From assembly GCA_963790475.1 (NCBI GenBank), contig CAWBOS010000006.1, positions 512,001 to 576,000 on the forward strand: a stretch of DNA of 64,000 nucleotides, given 5' to 3'. The translations under genes and the position numbers were made by a program. Below the pieces are notes generated by a model, which did not search any database, had not been told where the DNA came from, and saw only the letters and a program-made list of their open reading frames with translations. This document shows, in pieces, positions 48,018 through 59,379 of the stretch. How positions within the stretch are numbered: position 1 is the first letter of the stretch; each line of letters begins with the position of its first letter. This DNA comes from an uncultured delta proteobacterium. Its GTDB lineage: Bacteria > Desulfobacterota > RBG-13-43-22.

Positions 48018-49202
48018 TCAGGCCAAAGCACCACGGGTGCGATCCTGTTTAAAATCTTCAACACCCGGAACAGCAACCATATCGATGGCCTTGAATTTGC
48101 CGCAGGCCACCGCACACTGGGCACAGCCGATGCAGCGGGCCGGATCATGCAAATAGGTATGGTTTTTTACGTCCACGGTGACGGCTCCCATGGGACAGGC
48201 CAAGGCGCATTTGCCGCAATAATTACAATTCTCAAAGTCGACCCGGGGCATAAAATGCGGAGGGGCAATGACCCCCGGCATATTGAATTCCGTGATAATG
48301 CGCATCATATGACAACAACACCCGCAGCAGGAACAGGACGATCCCCCGGTTTGCGGGTCCTGGGCCGTAATCCAGGTCACCAGGCCGCTCGCCTCGGCCT
48401 CGGCTTTGATTTCCAGGGCTTCTTTCATTTCGACGCGTCGGAATTTCCCTTTTTGGATAAGACGATCAGCCGAAACCCCCAGGGCCATACATACTTCTTT
48501 GGGCCGGTCACAGCCTCTTCCCGCCAACTCTTCCACGATTCGACATTGGCAAAGGGTCACGCCGAAGGAATTGTATCGAGAAAAAATTTCTTCCAGCTTG
48601 TCTGAGGGATAAGCCATGGGATTGGAGGCGATGGTCTGCCCAATGGGCAGGTATTTAACAGAGGGCTTCAACTTTCCCCAGTAATCGGTTCCATAACCGG
48701 TTTCATAAAGGGCCGCAAATAATTCGCTGAAACGGCGATGCCATTCGGTCAGGGTATCCATGGTGGTGCGCATCAACACCAGTTCAAAAGATCCGGCGGC
48801 CAAGGGCAAATTGGTATATTTCCGGTTTTCTCCGGAGCCGAAGCTTAACAGGATACTCTTTTCATTGGCCAGCCTTTCCAGAATCGGGCGTACCTCTTCG
48901 AGCGGCCGATGGGCGGCCGCCGCTACCGATTCGGCCGTCTCCCTGGCTCGCGGTCCAACATGCCGGGCGATGGATGCTTCTTCCTCGGTGAAGGTATGTA
49001 ACATCAAAGCGATCAGCTCATCACAGATCGGGGGACCGGCCAGCTTGGGGCTGGAAAAGACCTCGGCAATGTCCAAGTGGGCCTTGGACACGCCGGGATA
49101 GTCATTCCTGGTCTTGGCGATTACCGTTTTTCCTTTAGGTTCACGCGGTCCGATAATCCCGCTGTTGATTTGGATCATTCGATTTCCAGGCTTTTGGGTC
49201 AT
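48018..49202 (-). CDS. 4Fe-4S ferredoxin-domain protein
   Basis: CQCR, CSCCGCCC, CNYCGKC..ACP, CIGCAQC..AC. Confidence 0.85.
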   Translation of the reverse strand: MTQKPGNRMIQINSGIIGPREPKGKTVIAKTRNDYPGVSKAHLDIAEVFSSPKLAGPPICDELIALMLHTFTEEEASIARHVGPRARETAESVAAAAHRPLEEVRPILERLANEKSILLSFGSGENRKYTNLPLAAGSFELVLMRTTMDTLTEWHRRFSELFAALYETGYGTDYWGKLKPSVKYLPIGQTIASNPMAYPSDKLEEIFSRYNSFGVTLCQCRIVEELAGRGCDRPKEVCMALGVSADRLIQKGKFRRVEMKEALEIKAEAEASGLVTWITAQDPQTGGSSCSCCGCCCHMMRIITEFNMPGVIAPPHFMPRVDFENCNYCGKCALACPMGAVTVDVKNHTYLHDPARCIGCAQCAVACGKFKAIDMVAVPGVEDFKQDRTRGALA

Positions 49203-49414
49203 AGCCTTTGCTCTCTCCCTTCATTATTTAATGATAATAATATTAATCGATCAAATCGCCAGGGTCAATTTATTAATTAATCATTAACCATCAAAAGGTG
49301 GCGAAGGGATTGAATAAATTTTAGAGTGAAGTCTTAATAGACTTTCTAATTAAAAGAAAAAATGTATAATAGGGCATAAATAGAATCGAGAAATGAACTG
49401 AGGTTCTCCGACTC

Positions 49415-50331
49415 ATGAAAGTCTTTATCACCGGCGGAACAGGGTTTATAGGTACTCACCTGACCAGACAATTAACCGCTCAGGGTTTTCAGGTGACCCT
49501 GTTGACCCGGTCCATCAAACCGGGCCGTTTTTTGCCTCGGGGGGCCCATTATCTGGAGGGCGATCCTACCCGACCCGGCCCCTGGCAAAATGAGGCCGCC
49601 ACCCATGAAATCTTCATTAATCTGGCCGGGGCATCGATCTTCCAGCGCTGGACCGCTGAATATAAAATTGCCCTTCGGCAAAGTCGTATCCAGACCACTC
49701 GTAATTTGGTTCAAGCCTTTTCTCTGGATAAGGGGGGGGAAAGGTTTTAATAAGCACCTCGGCTGTCGGATATTATGGCTTTCACCAGGATGAAGAATTG
49801 GACGAAGAGGCCCCTGCCGGAACTGATTTTTTGGCCTTATTAGCTCGGGATTGGGAAAATGAGGCTATGAAAGCGGAGGAGCGCGGGGTCCGGGTGATCC
49901 GAAGCCGGTTCGGAATTGTTCTGGGGCATAAAGGAGGGGCACTGGATCAGATGGCGTCCCTTTTTAATAAAGGTTTGGGCAGTCGTCTGGGAAATGGCCA
50001 GCAGTGGTTTTCCTGGATTCATCAGCAGGATTTGAGTGATGCTCTGCTTTTTCTTATAAATCAGAAAGGATTTTCCGGACCGGTGAACTGCACTTCCCCT
50101 TATCCGGTTCAAAACCGCGAACTGACCAGGCTTCTCGGGGAGGTGTTGAGGAGACCAACCATTCTTCCGCCGGTGCCCGGATTTATGCTCAGGTTGATTC
50201 TAGGGGAATTCGGCAATGTTCTGTTGAAAGGACAGCGGGTCCTGCCCGGGAAACTGATGTCCCTGGGTTATGTTTTCCGGTTTCCCCTTATAAAAGATGC
50301 CCTTAACGACCTTTTGAAAAAAACGAAGTAG
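49415..50331 (+). CDS. TIGR01777-type NAD-dependent epimerase, frameshift at G8 run 49732-49739
   Basis: TGGTGFIG, NLAGASI; continues ISTSAVGYYG...SWIH...GQRVLP in the next frame. Confidence 0.88.
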
Positions 50332-50809
50332 ATTCTGATAAATCCCCTTCATTCCCTTTTTTCCAAGCCCACTCTAAATGATTGAAATTTTTTGCCCCTT
50401 TTTACTCCCATTTGGGCAACAGGTTCCGCCTTCAGTGGGATTTGCCGGCAAACTCCAAAAATTCACAGTCCCCTGTCTGGATTCCTTCCCTGAAGGGAAA
50501 ACTTCAAATAGGTTGGGCAATTTTTTCCCGGAGGAATGAAAAAATTTCCTATCCTGCAGAAGGCCTCCCTGTCTTAAGAAAAACAAATTTTGTGACCTGC
50601 ACAGAATTTTTTGATTTACGAATCTCTTTCCAAGAAATCGCAAGAATCTGTAATTAAATGGAATTAATACAAATTTTAGGGAAAGTTGCCTCGGCACCAA
50701 AACGGGTGGGAAGGACATTCACTTGGTTTATTCAGGTAGGCACATTTTTTGAATTATAGATGCGCAACAGACAGTTGCAGAAACCCTGAAAAATTAAGGA
50801 GGGAATCCA

Positions 50810-51385
50810 ATGAATGCCATAAACGGAGTCAATTTTGGATTTTCAGTACAATTAGGGGATACGAATTATGACAGCGCCCAAAACTTGAACACTTCAGAAA
50901 CAGGGAATACCCAGGAAACCAATTCATTTCTTTCTATCTTAAATCTCTTGGATACCAATGCTGATGGAAAGATAGATACCGACGAATTGAAATTCGGTGC
51001 CGGTTTTATGATCAACAATCTGGCCCAGGCTAAGGATCAGGATGGCGATCAGGCCCTTAGTGCCCAAGAATTAGAGGTCTCCCCGGGCGTTGTTTCTCAA
51101 TTGGATACCGATTCTGATCAAAAGTTGAGTGCCGGGGAAATGATAACAGCAACTGATAAGATTATTGACGGGTTGGTCCCGGTCCTGGACACCAACGGTG
51201 ACGGTGCCTTAAGTCGGGAGGAGTTGGCTGTTTTTGAATTGCTTTTTACCGGAAATACCCATCAGACTGCAAGAAATGAACAAGGACAGGCCACCAACGG
51301 ACAAGCTGCCGAGGCCTATCAGTCCGTGGAATCGGACCCGGTGACCGCCAACCGGACCAACAATCTGGTCAGCCTGCAGGCTTAA
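50810..51385 (+). CDS. EF-hand repeat protein
   Basis: DTNADGKID..E, DQDGDQALS..E, DTDSDQKLS..E, DTNGDGALS..E. Confidence 0.85.
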   Translation: MNAINGVNFGFSVQLGDTNYDSAQNLNTSETGNTQETNSFLSILNLLDTNADGKIDTDELKFGAGFMINNLAQAKDQDGDQALSAQELEVSPGVVSQLDTDSDQKLSAGEMITATDKIIDGLVPVLDTNGDGALSREELAVFELLFTGNTHQTARNEQGQATNGQAAEAYQSVESDPVTANRTNNLVSLQA

Positions 51386-51445
51386 TCGGTCTATATAATC
51401 ATCAGCGGTAAAAAAGTAATGGCCGGATAGGACGCTATCCAGCCA

Positions 51446-51916
51446 TTACCTCACAATTTCTCCAACCAGATCTATGGCACGCACCTTTCGAATACATTCA
51501 GGGCAATAATCCCGATCCAGAGGAACCTCCAGAGAGTTATCAACTCTGGTCTGGAAATAATCCAAGAAGGCCTTGAAGGCAAAGGGACGTCCGCAGGAAC
51601 GGCATTTGACCAGCTCCAAACTATTCTCGATATCTCCGCTCTCTTTCTTGTCGCCTTTCAAGATTGCTAATAAGGTTTTAATTGGAAGCGGGCTGGTTTG
51701 TCCCACCGGACATAAAGAGGCTTGACGCATGGTATGAACGAGATTTTCCAATTGTTCCAATTCGGTTCCCTTATGCTGATCCCCGGAAATAGCAGTAAGT
51801 AACCTAAACATTTTGGGTAATCCCAGCCGGCAGGGGACACAATGTCCGCAGGACATGGTCAGGCAGAATTTGATATAATTCCTAGCACTTTTTATTAATT
51901 TATCTCCATTATTCAT
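51446..51916 (-). CDS. NuoF-like 4Fe-4S binding domain protein with C-terminal Zn ribbon
   Basis: SCGHCVPCRLG, SLCPVGQTSP, CRSCG...CPEC. Confidence 0.75.
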   Translation of the reverse strand: MNNGDKLIKSARNYIKFCLTMSCGHCVPCRLGLPKMFRLLTAISGDQHKGTELEQLENLVHTMRQASLCPVGQTSPLPIKTLLAILKGDKKESGDIENSLELVKCRSCGRPFAFKAFLDYFQTRVDNSLEVPLDRDYCPECIRKVRAIDLVGEIVR

Positions 51917-52108
51917 CCTCTGCCTTCTTTTTCCGATTGGTTCTCCGTTTTTTTTTATGAGCCACAGGGCTAACAAAAAACATAACAGCATCCAGATACT
52001 TTTAAAAGCAGTTTTTTATTTTGCATTGAAAAGAATACCGGGAAAAATATTCTTGCCTTAACCATTAACAATTTCTATGATGGTAATTTATAGATAGAAG
52101 TTAAGAAG

Positions 52109-54212
52109 ATGGATATGAGAAAAGAAATTTATAGCCTTTGCTTTATGTGTTCAGTCCGTTGTCCGATTCAGGTGACCGTGGAGAAGGGAAAGATCGTTTG
52201 GCTACAGGGGAATCCTCATGTGCCGGGGATTGATGGGGCCATGTGTGCCAAAGGATCTGCCGGGCTGATCATGCAAAACGATGCAGAACGTCCCCCACTA
52301 TCCCATGATACGCATCGGCCCTCGGGGGTCAGGGCAGTGGAAGCAGGCCACTTGGGAAGAGGCCCTAAATTTCATAGCCGACAAGCTGAAAGAGATCATC
52401 AGACAATACGGCCCCCAAAGTGTGGTTTGGGGAGAGCGGGCCAATTTGATCACCGACCTGAGCAAAACTTTTATGAAGGCCCTGGGCTCCCCCAATCATT
52501 TCACCCATGACAGCCTGTGTAAAGGCTCCCTGAATACGGCCTTCCGTTCACTGACCGGCTATCCGGACACCCGGATCGGCCTCGATTATAAAAATACGCG
52601 CCATATCGTTTTGTACGGCCGGAATATTTTTGAATCCCTGGAGATCAAAGCGGTCAATCAACTGATGGAAGCCCTGGATAAGGGGGCCAAAATGACTTAT
52701 CTCGATCCGAGAGTCACGGTCACCGCTGCCAAGTCCCATCGGTATCTCCAGATTCGTCCGGGGACTGACCTGGCCTTCAATTACGCCTTGATACATGTCA
52801 TCCTCAAAGAAAATCTCTATGACCGGGATTTTGTAAGCCGCTGGATTTCCGGTTTTAAGGAACTTCGGATTTTTGTTGAGCCCTACACTCCTGAATGGTC
52901 TGAAAAGGAAACCGAAATCCCGGCCCAGCAAATCATCGACCTGGCCCGAGAGATGAGTGCCGTCAAACCGGCCTGCATTTTCCACTTCGGGTACCGCGCC
53001 TCCCACCATACCTATGAATGTTATTTCCGGCGCTCTATTATCATCTTAAACGCCCTGATGGGGAGTATCGAGGCCAAGGGAGGTTTGTTCATTAAGAAAG
53101 ACTTGAGGGATGTCGGGATTAAAGGGGTCCGGAGATTCGCCGAAGGAGATTTTCCCAAACCCCAGGCCGACCGATTTGACGGTGCCGGAAATAAAAAATT
53201 TCCCATCGTTGATCCGGGCAATGGAGTGGCCCAGATGTTCCCTTTGGCCGTCCTGAAGGAAGATCCTTATCCGATCAAGGCTTTTTTTTGTTACCGCTTT
53301 GAACCTTTTCATTCCCTCCCGGATCAGAACCTGACTAAAAAAGCCCTTGAGAAACTGGACCTCATCGTGGTCATAGATATCAATTACAGCGAGACGGCCT
53401 GGAACGCCGATGTGATTCTGCCGGAATCCACCTACCTGGAAAGAACCGATCCGGTGCAGATGGTCCCGGGCCTGAAACCTCAAATTTTCTTGCGACAGCA
53501 AGCGCTGCCTCCACGGTCCGACAGCAAACCCGGTTGGGAGATCCTCAAGGGATTGGCCGATCGTTTAGGAATAGGGGGGCATTTTCCTTTTAATACCATT
53601 GAAGAATTGCTGGAGATACAACTTCAAGACACCGGGGTGCGGAAAGAGGACTTTCAAAAGAAAGGCTTTGTTATTTTATCGGACAAAGAAATCTTTTGGG
53701 ATCGAAAAGAAGGGATCGAGTTCAAGACCCCTTCAGGAAAGATCGAACTGGTTTCCAGCTTATTGGAAGAAAACGGTTTTTCCTCTTTTCCACCTTATGA
53801 ACCGGTGCCGCCTCCTTCCGAGGGTTGTTTTCGATTAACCGTTGGGCGATGTGCGGTTCATACCCATGGGTCCACGGAAAACAATCCCTATTTAAATGAA
53901 CTGGTGCCGGAAAACCGGCTTTGGATCAACACCCAGGCTGCTCAAGGATTGGGTATTCAAGACGGCGACCTGGTTGAAGTGGCTTCCAATCAGGGAAAGG
54001 AACGAATCCGGGCTTTGGTGACCGATTATATTCACCCGGAAGCGGTCTTTATGCTTCACGGATTCGGGCGCCGGGTACCGGCCCAAACCCGTTGTCTCAA
54101 TCGCGGGGCTTGTGACGCCGTGCTTCAGGAAAACATCTCCGATCCGGTAGGGGGAAGCCCGGCGTTGCATCATACTCTGGTGACCATAAGACCGTTGATG
54201 AAAGATACATAA
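52109..54212 (+). CDS. Molybdopterin oxidoreductase catalytic subunit (PhsA/PsrA-like, no Tat signal), frameshift at C-run 52292-52296
   Basis: CFMCSVRC...CAKG; DSLC ligand region; ADVILPESTYLER; HTHGST. Confidence 0.88.
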
Positions 54213-54227
54213 ATACATAGATACATA

Positions 54228-54369
54228 GAGACCTTTGAAAAATGTCCGATTTTGGTCAAGGTCAAGGAAGCCGAAAATTTCAACCGCAGGGATATATGAA
54301 ATATTTCGAGGATTGAAATTAGAGCCTGACGCAGAGATTGGGCAAAAGGGGGCATTTTTCAAAGGTCTC
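54228..54369 (+). repeat. MITE with 5-bp TSD ACATA
   Basis: IR GAGACCTTTGAAAAATG / CATTTTTCAAAGGTCTC; ACATA at 54223-54227 and 54370-54374. Confidence 0.88.
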
Positions 54370-54382
54370 ACATAGGAAGTGT

Positions 54383-54895
54383 ATGAGTCAATACTATCTA
54401 TCCCATGACCCCAATAAATGCATTGCCTGCTATTCTTGTGAGGTGCATTGCAAAACCAAAAACGGCCTGCCGGTTGGGCCGCGTTTTTGCCAAATCATGA
54501 CGGTCGGTCCTAAAATGGTGGGGGGGCTTCCGCGACTGGGGTTGGTCTTTATGCCCTGTTTCCATTGCGAGAAACCCTGGTGTGTGGCCGCTTGTCCCAC
54601 CGGGGCCATGCAGAAAAGGGCCAAGGACGGAATAGTCTTTGTGGAAGCGGCCCTATGCGTAGGATGTAAATGCTGCATCACGGCCTGTCCCTGGGGGGCA
54701 CCACAGTGGAATCCCGAAACCCGTAAAACGGTTAAATGCGATTACTGCCTGGATCGGGTCGATGCCGGTCTTAAACCGGCCTGCGTGACCAAGTGTGTCA
54801 CCCATTGCCTGGATTTCGGAATCATAACCGATGATACCAGCCAAAAAAAAAGGGATTTCTTTGCCAAGGCCCTGGCCTTTGAATTAATGGATTGA
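54383..54895 (+). CDS. 4Fe-4S dicluster electron-transfer subunit (PsrB/DmsB-like)
   Basis: CIACYSC..HC, CFHC..PWC..ACP, CVGCKCC..ACP, KCDYC...PACV..C. Confidence 0.9.
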   Translation: MSQYYLSHDPNKCIACYSCEVHCKTKNGLPVGPRFCQIMTVGPKMVGGLPRLGLVFMPCFHCEKPWCVAACPTGAMQKRAKDGIVFVEAALCVGCKCCITACPWGAPQWNPETRKTVKCDYCLDRVDAGLKPACVTKCVTHCLDFGIITDDTSQKKRDFFAKALAFELMD

Positions 54896-54918
54896 ATCAA
54901 TAGAAAGAGAATGGCGTT

Positions 54919-56360
54919 ATGAGTACAAAAATTGGGATCATCGGGGCCGGGCCGGGGGGCTATATCGCCGCCATTAGGGCCGCTCAATTGGGGGCCCAGG
55001 TTACGGTCATCGAGCAGGAAGCTATCGGTGGTACCTGCCTGAACTGGGGTTGTATCCCAACCAAGACCATCAGAACGACAGCCGAACTCATTGAACAATT
55101 TCACCGGGCGAAAGAATTCGGCATCGATCTGGAAGGCAGTTTCCGGCCCAACATGGAACGGATCATGACCCGAAAAAATGAGGTCATCCGGACTTTGGCC
55201 CAGGGGATCAAGAAAATATTTGAGAGTTATAAAATTCAATATATAAAGGGGACGGCCTTCATTGAGGATCCCAAGAGAATTTTGGTAACAGGCCGGGATG
55301 AAAAAACACTGGCAATCGAAGCGGACAAGATCATCATCGCCTCGGGCTCAAAGCCCCTGGTCTTTCCGGCCTTTCCCTTTGACGGCCAATACATCCTTTC
55401 CAGCACTGACGCCTTATTATTGCAGGAAATCCCCGAATCCATTTTAATCATAGGCGGAGGGGTAATCGGCTGTGAATTCGCTTTCATTTTTAAGGCCCTG
55501 GGCAGCCAGGTGACCGTGGTGGAGGCCTTACCGCGAACGCTCGGCCTCCCCTCCATCGACAACGATTGTTCGACCATCATCCAGCGGGAGATGAAAAAAC
55601 GAAAAATAAAAGTCATTCTTGACAAAACAGTAGAGAAGACCGAGATTCAAAACGGCCGGGTCCGAGTGACTATCGGTCCCTCTCCCTTTCTCAAGGAAGT
55701 TAAAGAAAAAGACCGCACCCCTTTGGAAACGGAAGTGCAGAAGGTCCTGGTTTCCATCGGGAGGGAGTCCAATGCCGAGGCCTTGGGTTTGAATCGGCTC
55801 GGGGTGGAACTGGATTCAAAAAGTTGGATCAAAGCCAACGAACGGCTGGAGACCAATGTTGACGGTATTTATGCCATCGGCGACGCCCTGGGTCCTTCAA
55901 AAATAATGCTGGCCCATGCGGCTTCCACCGAAGGGATCATTGCCGTTGAAAACATAATGGGTCATGACCGGACCATGAATTATGAACTGGTCCCATCAGC
56001 CATTTTTACCTTTCCGGAGGTGGCCGATGTGGGGCTGACCGAATCCCAGGCCAAGGAAAGGGGACATGAGGTGCGCTCCGACAGTTTTCAATTTCGAACG
56101 TTGGGCAAACCCCAGGCCATGGGTGAGATCGTCGGCCAGGTCAAGATCGTTTCCGAGTCCCGAAATGGGAAAATTCTGGGAGTCCATATCGTCGGCCCCC
56201 AGGCCACGGACCTCATTGCCGAAGGGACCCTGGCCATCCGGTTGGGGGCCACGGTCGAAGACCTGGCCCATACCATCCATGCCCATCCCACTTTGGCCGA
56301 AGCCCTGATGGAAACGGCCCCAAGGCCATGGGGGCCGGTATGCATGGGTTGAAAGACTGA
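54919..56360 (+). CDS. lpdA: Dihydrolipoamide dehydrogenase (likely frameshift near 56320 in the last codons)
   Basis: GAGPGGY, GGTCLNWGCIPTK, HAHPTLAE. Confidence 0.92.
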
Positions 56361-56959
56361 AATTGGCGTTTGGTAAATCAACATCGACGAAGTTTTGTCA
56401 ATCTTTCTATGACTACCGAAAATTCCCCGGCCCGTCACCTCGGCGAAAGCCGGGGTCCAGTCCGGAATGACGGAAATGGGCTTTTGATGTATTATTCGAA
56501 TGCAACTGAATCTTATGACCATTGCCAAATGCGAAGAGAAATCCGTTTCCGTCGCCATTGAGGAAATTGAGCCGGCCCAGTGGGCTGAAAAGGTGTACCG
56601 GCCTGATATTCTGGATAACGAAGTCAACCTCTATGAAAAATGGGCTATGATCCTTTTGGATAGGTCCGAAGATAAACCAGCCCGAAAGCCATAGACGGAA
56701 AATACAGCCCGACCAGGTCTATATTACAATTTGATCTTTCCTGTCTTAAATTGTCCCGACCAGTATTTGGGTTGATGTACAGTGCCCAATTCTTCTTGCG
56801 GCTTACACCTACCTAATGTTTTAAAAAAACAGCCCCGAGACTCAACGATTACGATTAGAACTCTGCAATCTAACCCCCCATCGTATGAAGAGGCAACGAA
56901 GATCTTTACAATTTGTTTTGAGGCGATAAAGGATTAGGGCTTTATTTCGGAAATAGGAT

Positions 56960-58480
56960 TTAACTTATTTGAAATAGGTAATCACTTATTTGAAAAAGAG
57001 TAAGCCCCTTTTGACGTAATTTTTCTGCTACCTTTGAATCCAGGCAATAAACCGATAATCCATACGGAACCTGAACCCTTTCCTCAGGCAAATAAAGGGG
57101 GGCCTTTTTATAAACATATTTTTGTATTGCTTCTGGGTCAAAATGAAAATTAAGAAATATATTTCGTTTTTCTTCAATTCCCAATCCAATAAAGTAATAC
57201 CAGAAAGTTTCTGATATTTCGTAATTTTCTGCTGATACAATTAATGAATTTTTCCCAACTTTATTTATAATTGTCTCAACAAATATTTTTTCTTGAAAAT
57301 GAGTTCGAAGTGAAATCTTTGAATAATTTGTAAAGAAGAACCAAACAGGAAAGATAAATATAAGCACATAAGAAATTATCTTAAGGGGATACCATCTTAT
57401 TAAATGTTTCCATAAGGCTGATAGTCCGGCAGCAATAACTAATGTTATTATGAAATAACTGGGTATAAAATAGACAAAAATATCTCCAATAGCATAATTT
57501 AAGGCATAAAATAAATTGCCGAGAAAAACGAGCACAATGAAAAGCAATAATTTACTTTTTTTAATATTCCATAGTCCGATTAGGAATAATGGAAGAAGAA
57601 AATGGAATTCATTTTTAACCAATCTAAAATACATTGGAATTTGTTCATAAATGAATTGGTGAAAAGTATAAGCAAACATTCTATTCTTGAATTGAGCCCC
57701 AGTAACATACCATAATAAAGTTTTCAAATCCGGGGTTGCCATTTCGACATATGTTTTTCGGGGAGAATAATAAACTATAAAAAGATACGAATACTGGAGA
57801 ATCCCAAGACAGACCATGAGAAATATAAATGATATTATCTTATATTTAACAAATATGGTTTTGTCTGTCTGCAAAATCAAAATAAATATCGCAGGCAACA
57901 TGGTAATCATCGTTAAATGATTACCAAACGAGAAAGCATAAAATCCTAAGGCCAAAAAAAGATGTTTGTTCAAAAGAGACTGATGCCATAATATTAGATA
58001 TTTTGTTACCAAGACAACGAACAGCAGGTTAAGCGTATAAACCTCGGCAATAATTGACTGAGACCAAAGAGTGTAAGTGAAACCAAAAACCAAACAAGAA
58101 CTTATTGAAATTGATCGGTTAAAATTAAGAATTAATAATATGTGGTAGGTAAAAACAAGGCTTAATGACGCATAAATTGCCGAAAGGAGATTTGCTTTGA
58201 AGGCTAAAGATCCGAATGGGAAAAGATGAGTGAACAGAAAGTTTAATAAAATATATAATGGATATCCCGTTGCGTGAGGAGTCCCAAGGACATAACCTAC
58301 AAATTGAAATTTAGCCGTATCTCCTTGGCCAACATTTGGTAACAGAGAAAAATAATAACCTAAGAAACTAATTCCAAAAATCAAAAGGGATTCAAATTTT
58401 TTCCCCCAGTTTGAAAGTTGTTTATCATAGATATTGCTCATATAACTTATTGAATCAGGTAAACCAGCTTCTTCCTTCAC
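56960..58480 (-). CDS. DUF2723/TMEM260-like GT-C membrane glycosyltransferase, low GC
   Basis: GDTAKF, GTPHATGYPLY, WSQSIIAEVYTLN. Confidence 0.82.
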   Translation of the reverse strand: MKEEAGLPDSISYMSNIYDKQLSNWGKKFESLLIFGISFLGYYFSLLPNVGQGDTAKFQFVGYVLGTPHATGYPLYILLNFLFTHLFPFGSLAFKANLLSAIYASLSLVFTYHILLILNFNRSISISSCLVFGFTYTLWSQSIIAEVYTLNLLFVVLVTKYLILWHQSLLNKHLFLALGFYAFSFGNHLTMITMLPAIFILILQTDKTIFVKYKIISFIFLMVCLGILQYSYLFIVYYSPRKTYVEMATPDLKTLLWYVTGAQFKNRMFAYTFHQFIYEQIPMYFRLVKNEFHFLLPLFLIGLWNIKKSKLLLFIVLVFLGNLFYALNYAIGDIFVYFIPSYFIITLVIAAGLSALWKHLIRWYPLKIISYVLIFIFPVWFFFTNYSKISLRTHFQEKIFVETIINKVGKNSLIVSAENYEISETFWYYFIGLGIEEKRNIFLNFHFDPEAIQKYVYKKAPLYLPEERVQVPYGLSVYCLDSKVAEKLRQKGLTLFQISDYLFQIS

Positions 58481-58713
58481 TACAGGTTGATATTTTTTAT
58501 CTCAGTTAGCAGTATGTATTCCCGGTGGTGCTACGATATTTGGACCAAGCATCCGATGACTTCAATACTCCCAGAAGAGAAAATCCGTATTTCTTTTTTC
58601 CATATCACAATTATTGGGGAAATACTATGAAGGAATACGGTTTGAACTCTACTGTTTTATTCAAAAGGGGAGGTTGAGGACTACAGGAAGCTGTCAACAC
58701 CCTTCTGCTCTAT

Positions 58714-59049
58714 CTAAACATGAGCAGCTTTACCCAAAACCTCTTCTGCCCATTGATTAAGACTTTTGCCTGAGGTTTTTGCCATGGCAAGAGCTTTGGC
58801 ATGTGTCTCAGGAGAAACGCGGAGCATCATCTTGCCGGATGCTGCCTTCAAGGGTTTGCGGCCTGTGGCTGCGCAATCTGCGATATAATGATCAATAGCG
58901 GCCTGGAAGTCACCCCGGAGCTTTTTTACGGTTTCTCCCTGGAAGGTTATGTTATCGACAATTCCTATAATTTTTCCGGTAAAGATATTGTCCCTTTGAT
59001 CAAATTCGATTCGTGCCGTATACCCTTTATAGGTCATTATGTTCTTCAT
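58714..59049 (-). CDS. hicB: HicB antitoxin (only a HicA 3' remnant upstream)
   Basis: MTYKGYTARIEFD, ASGKMMLRV..H..A...SLNQW; upstream IEELREWLRQLEVTP*. Confidence 0.85.
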   Translation of the reverse strand: MKNIMTYKGYTARIEFDQRDNIFTGKIIGIVDNITFQGETVKKLRGDFQAAIDHYIADCAATGRKPLKAASGKMMLRVSPETHAKALAMAKTSGKSLNQWAEEVLGKAAHV

Positions 59050-59195
59050 GGTGTTACCTCCAATTGTCTTAGCCACTCCCGCAGTTCTTCAATGTCGAAA
59101 AATACAATTCCTCCTCGTGTAGTAACTTAGGAATAGAATTCTACTCAAACTGGATAGAATATTTCGTAATAGCTTAGATAATTAAAACAACTATT

Positions 59196-59379
59196 TTCAC
59201 CGCTGAGACGCCGAGGGCGCAGAGATGAAATATTTTTTTCCTTTCTGTTGAGAGGCCAGAAAGGAAAAAACTTTCGCTACCCTACGGGTAATGATTTGGC
59301 CGAAGGCCAGAGCTGGTTTAAACAATCCCGCTTCTCACGGGATTGAACAAAAATGATTCTCTCTGCGTCCTTTGCGTCT
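59196..59379 (-). repeat. Palindromic target repeat interrupted by IS110 copy 2; tip at 60978-60989
   Basis: Homologous to 11071-11250. Confidence 0.85.

Noticed and set aside
50737-50752. Sigma54 promoter before the EF-hand gene
   Set aside because: Spacing fits but the -12 element is GA rather than GC; too weak to call.
52109-54895. Selenoprotein in the Mo-enzyme operon
   Set aside because: The break is a frameshift, not an in-frame TGA, and the predicted ligand position is Cys.
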